Source of the DNA: an uncultured candidatus Porisulfidus sp. | GTDB taxonomy: Bacteria; Pseudomonadota; Gammaproteobacteria; Poriferisulfidales; Oxydemutatoraceae | Length of the DNA: 64,000 bases | Assembly (NCBI GenBank): GCA_965215125.1 | Contig: OZ244052.1 | Location: 1,504,001-1,568,000 of the forward strand | Direction: 5' to 3' | In this document: positions 61,001 through 64,000 of the stretch, piece by piece | Numbering within the stretch: position 1 is the stretch's first letter | Layout: each line of letters opens with the position of its first letter | The notes under the pieces: model-generated | The model's database searches: none | The model's input: the letters and a program-made list of their open reading frames with translations, nothing else | Told to the model about the DNA's origin: nothing | Made by a program: the position numbers and the translations under genes

Positions 61001-61585
61001 GTGGTTAGTCGGGCAGGCATTGATCTGATTGCAGGTTTAGGCAACCCCGGCACCGAGTACCGAAATAATCGACACAATGCAGGTTTTTGGTTCATAGATT
61101 ATTTAGCGAACATACACCGAGCACAATTCAGAGCGCATAATAAACTCAAAAGCACAATCTGCAGTATTATGCTTTCCGGTTGCCCCGTAAAACTGGTAAA
61201 ACCGAATGTGTTTATGAATGTTAGTGGTCAGGCACTCGCTGCCGTTATCCACTTTTATAAGCTAGACATGCAACGAATTTTAGTAGTTCACGACGAGATA
61301 GATTTTGAAACCGCAAAGATACGCATCAAATATGGCGGCGGACACGGAGGGCATAACGGATTATTGGATATTATTAGGCATCTGGGCAAGGATTTTTGGC
61401 GTTTGCGCATTGGTGTAGGACACCCCGGTTCTAAGGATAAAGTTGCGCCTTATGTTTTAGCAGACCCTAAAGCCGACGAGCGTCTCACAATAGACTCTTA
61501 TTTTCCGAAACTCTCCACCCTAGTTGAAGATATGGCAATGGGAGAATTTCAAAAAGCGATGGAAATTCTACATACGGAAGCATAG
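61001..61585 (+). CDS. pth: Peptidyl-tRNA hydrolase
   Basis: GLGNPG.EY..NRHNAG, FMN.SG, HDE, GGHNGL, RLRIGVG. Confidence 0.97.
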   Translation: MVSRAGIDLIAGLGNPGTEYRNNRHNAGFWFIDYLANIHRAQFRAHNKLKSTICSIMLSGCPVKLVKPNVFMNVSGQALAAVIHFYKLDMQRILVVHDEIDFETAKIRIKYGGGHGGHNGLLDIIRHLGKDFWRLRIGVGHPGSKDKVAPYVLADPKADERLTIDSYFPKLSTLVEDMAMGEFQKAMEILHTEA

Positions 61586-61607
61586 CAATGCGGATAACGA
61601 CAGGCTC

Positions 61608-62696
61608 ATGGGATTTAAGTGCGGTATTATAGGCTTGCCCAACGTAGGCAAATCTACTCTATTTAATGCGTTAACCGGTGCGGATATTCCGGCAGAGAAT
61701 TATCCTTTTTGTACGATAGACCCGAACACCGGTGTTGTGGAAGTTCCGGACGAGCGGCTGGATCAATTAGCAGGGTTGGCATCTTCCGCTAAAAAAGTGC
61801 CGACCACGATTGAATTCGTAGATATTGCCGGCCTCGTCAAAGGAGCTTCAAAAGGTGAAGGGCTCGGTAATCAATTCTTGTCTCATATCAGAGGCACACA
61901 TGCGATTGTTCAGGTGCTGAGATGTTTTCAGGGTGAAGTAAGCCATGTGGAAGGAAAGGTTGACCCGTTGTCGGATGCTGAGACCATCAATACGGAATTA
62001 CTGCTTTCCGATTTAGAAATAGTTGATCGTGCATGTCGGCGTATTGCTAAAAATGCAAAATCGGGGAATAAGGAGGAAATTCTGAAAAAGCAGATACTGA
62101 AACAATTATATGAACACCTAGCCGAAGGAAATAGCATTCGCGGTTTAGATCTCAACGAAGTGCAGAAAACGCAAGTTCGAGAATTGGACTTGCTGAGTTC
62201 CAAGCCGATGATGCTAATTGCCAACATAGACGATCAAAACCTGAGAGAAAATGCGTATCGCGATCAATTGGCCCGATACGCAGCCGAGCAAGATATGGTT
62301 CTCGTTGAGGTATGCGCGAAATTTGAAGCAGAGCTGGTCGGTTTGGATAGAGCGGAGCAGCAGGAATTTATAGAAGATATAGGTTTGGAAAAAACCGGTT
62401 TGGAACGCGTTGCACAAGCGGGCTATCGCCTACTCGATTTACTCACATTTTTTACCGCAGGCCCTAAAGAGGCCAGAGCATGGACGGTTGTTCGAGGTGT
62501 AACTGCACCGCGTGCAGCAGCTTGCATACACGGTGATTTTGAGAAAGGCTTTATCCGCGCCGAGGTTATTGCCTACGAGGATTATATAAATCACGGAGGA
62601 GAACAAGGTGCTAAGGATGCCGGCAAATGGCGTCTTGAAGGCAAAGATTACATAATGCAAGAAGCCGACGTTGTGCACTTCCGATTTAATGTTTAA
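61608..62696 (+). CDS. ychF: Redox-regulated ATPase YchF
   Basis: MGFKCGIIGLPNVGKST, NYPFCTIDPN, DIAGLV, FFTAGP.E, GFIRAE. Confidence 0.98.
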   Translation: MGFKCGIIGLPNVGKSTLFNALTGADIPAENYPFCTIDPNTGVVEVPDERLDQLAGLASSAKKVPTTIEFVDIAGLVKGASKGEGLGNQFLSHIRGTHAIVQVLRCFQGEVSHVEGKVDPLSDAETINTELLLSDLEIVDRACRRIAKNAKSGNKEEILKKQILKQLYEHLAEGNSIRGLDLNEVQKTQVRELDLLSSKPMMLIANIDDQNLRENAYRDQLARYAAEQDMVLVEVCAKFEAELVGLDRAEQQEFIEDIGLEKTGLERVAQAGYRLLDLLTFFTAGPKEARAWTVVRGVTAPRAAACIHGDFEKGFIRAEVIAYEDYINHGGEQGAKDAGKWRLEGKDYIMQEADVVHFRFNV

Positions 62697-62712
62697 GGCC
62701 GATGGTTTAGTG

Positions 62713-63702
62713 CTATCTAGAAGTTGTATACTGTTTCTTCGCTAAAAGTACTCTTTGATTATAGTATTTGTTTGGCATAATATATCTCTTTATCCTTCTG
62801 AGCTCGAAGAGTACTAATATAATTGCAAACCTTAACATGAGTTTTATTCTTTTACACATGGCAAGCTGCATCATGAGGGTTGTCCATTTATTTCGTATAA
62901 AAAAACTCAATAATTCTTCGTGCGGCAGTTTACTGGGGTTCGGGACAGGATCTCTTTGCTCAATTAAACTGTATTTCATATAAGTACTATTGGGTCTTAT
63001 GCAGGGGGGGGTTATAAGTTTGGTATCAACTTCGGATACGTCCTGATCTCCGGTGACATCATCTATATAAATGTAATTTTTGTACGCAAGAGCGATTTCC
63101 TTCAGCTTCTTTGCTGCGGATAATCTTATTAGATAGCCCAATGTCGATTTCGCGTGTTCTCTAATTTTGCCGATATAATGTCCTTCGCATATCTGTTCCG
63201 AGAAATTACCGGGTAGGGCACCTAAGGTATAATTGTCATAAAGGCGAAACCTCTTCTCTTTGATTTTAGCATGTTTATAATATGACTTTAGCAACTCGGC
63301 AACTATATTCGATTGATGTGCTAGTAATAAAATCCCCCATTCTTTCTGTTGCAATTTTTCGGAGTTTAGAACATCGGGGAAAGAGGGCAATAATTTTGCA
63401 TCATCTTCTAACACACAAGCCATCTTGTGGTTATTTTGAATGACTTGATTATAGAATTCTATATGACTTAGCAGGCAACCCAGAGCACTGAGTCGATCGG
63501 TATCACCTGTTTGGTATGGATTTTCCATATCGAGTACTTTCAACTTGGGTTCTTGAAAATTATAAGCATCTACGGCTTCTATCACCCGATATTTTAGGTT
63601 GTAGGCATCGAGTTGTCTTTGTATATGCAGTCTACGTTCGGGTGTTCGCCTTAGACTGATAATATAAATAGGGATAGTCTGCATGTTTTTGAAATTTATC
63701 AA
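62713..63702 (-). CDS. Glycosyltransferase family 25 (LPS/LOS biosynthesis type)
   Basis: IYIISL..T.ERR, AVD, GCLLSH, VLEDD, GYLI...AAKKL. Confidence 0.85.
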   Translation of the reverse strand: MINFKNMQTIPIYIISLRRTPERRLHIQRQLDAYNLKYRVIEAVDAYNFQEPKLKVLDMENPYQTGDTDRLSALGCLLSHIEFYNQVIQNNHKMACVLEDDAKLLPSFPDVLNSEKLQQKEWGILLLAHQSNIVAELLKSYYKHAKIKEKRFRLYDNYTLGALPGNFSEQICEGHYIGKIREHAKSTLGYLIRLSAAKKLKEIALAYKNYIYIDDVTGDQDVSEVDTKLITPPCIRPNSTYMKYSLIEQRDPVPNPSKLPHEELLSFFIRNKWTTLMMQLAMCKRIKLMLRFAIILVLFELRRIKRYIMPNKYYNQRVLLAKKQYTTSR

Positions 63703-63789
63703 TCCTTAGATAAGAATAACGATTATAACATTTTCCAATTCAAATTTTCGGGGAATTATCTCTGATAAAGTATAATTGTTTTCTACGGT

Positions 63790-63863
63790 GGCTATGTAGC
63801 TCAGTCGGTTAGAGCACGGCATTCATAATGCCGGGGTCGCTGGTTCAAGTCCAGCCATAGCCA
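63790..63863 (+). tRNA. tRNA-Met(CAT), elongator type
   Basis: ggctatg/catagcc acceptor, cggca-ttCATaa-tgccg anticodon arm, ggttcaagtcc. CCA is not encoded. Confidence 0.95.
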
Positions 63864-64000
63864 TTTTACGATTAGCCCTATCGGTATAGATCTTAGACAG
63901 CTATCGCATATTCACGACGAGTCAACACTTATCAACCTTGAAAACCATGAACGCGACTTTATCGGACAGTTGGCAATTTGTTCTCGGTACGCTACTGCGC

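Noticed and set aside
63948-64000. Possible gene start MNATLSDSWQFVLGTLLR at the window edge
   Set aside because: Too short to support a call.

Overview
Chromosomal window from a Gammaproteobacterium (6S RNA after zapA, rnt, lptCAB, mlaA, ubiH/ubiI-type genes). Most of it is housekeeping: pepP-ubi, zapBA-ssrS, tungstate ABC transporter, ftsH-glmM-tpiA-secG-tRNA-Leu, lptCAB-rnt-pyrC, argG, mlaA, folE, rpsO-pnp, msrB, rplY-pth-ychF and tRNA-Met. It also holds a type II R-M locus whose endonuclease has an in-frame stop, and a family of nested intergenic repeats. The standout is a pair of paralogous two-gene operons (1012-15635 and 40854-54540). Each encodes a small secreted protein ending in a dockerin-like double Ca-loop, followed by a >4,200-aa Ig-like repeat protein. 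Giant 1 ends in a GlyGly-CTERM anchor and the next gene is a rhombosortase. Giant 2 has no anchor and ends in IRLRIKVFLEGPLQ*. As I recall the domain family, that peptide is the first beta-strand missing from both small proteins. This suggests a split-domain (donor-strand) plus dockerin/cohesin-like system that chains giant adhesins onto a membrane-anchored stalk. The model is inference from motifs and needs structure prediction and binding tests.
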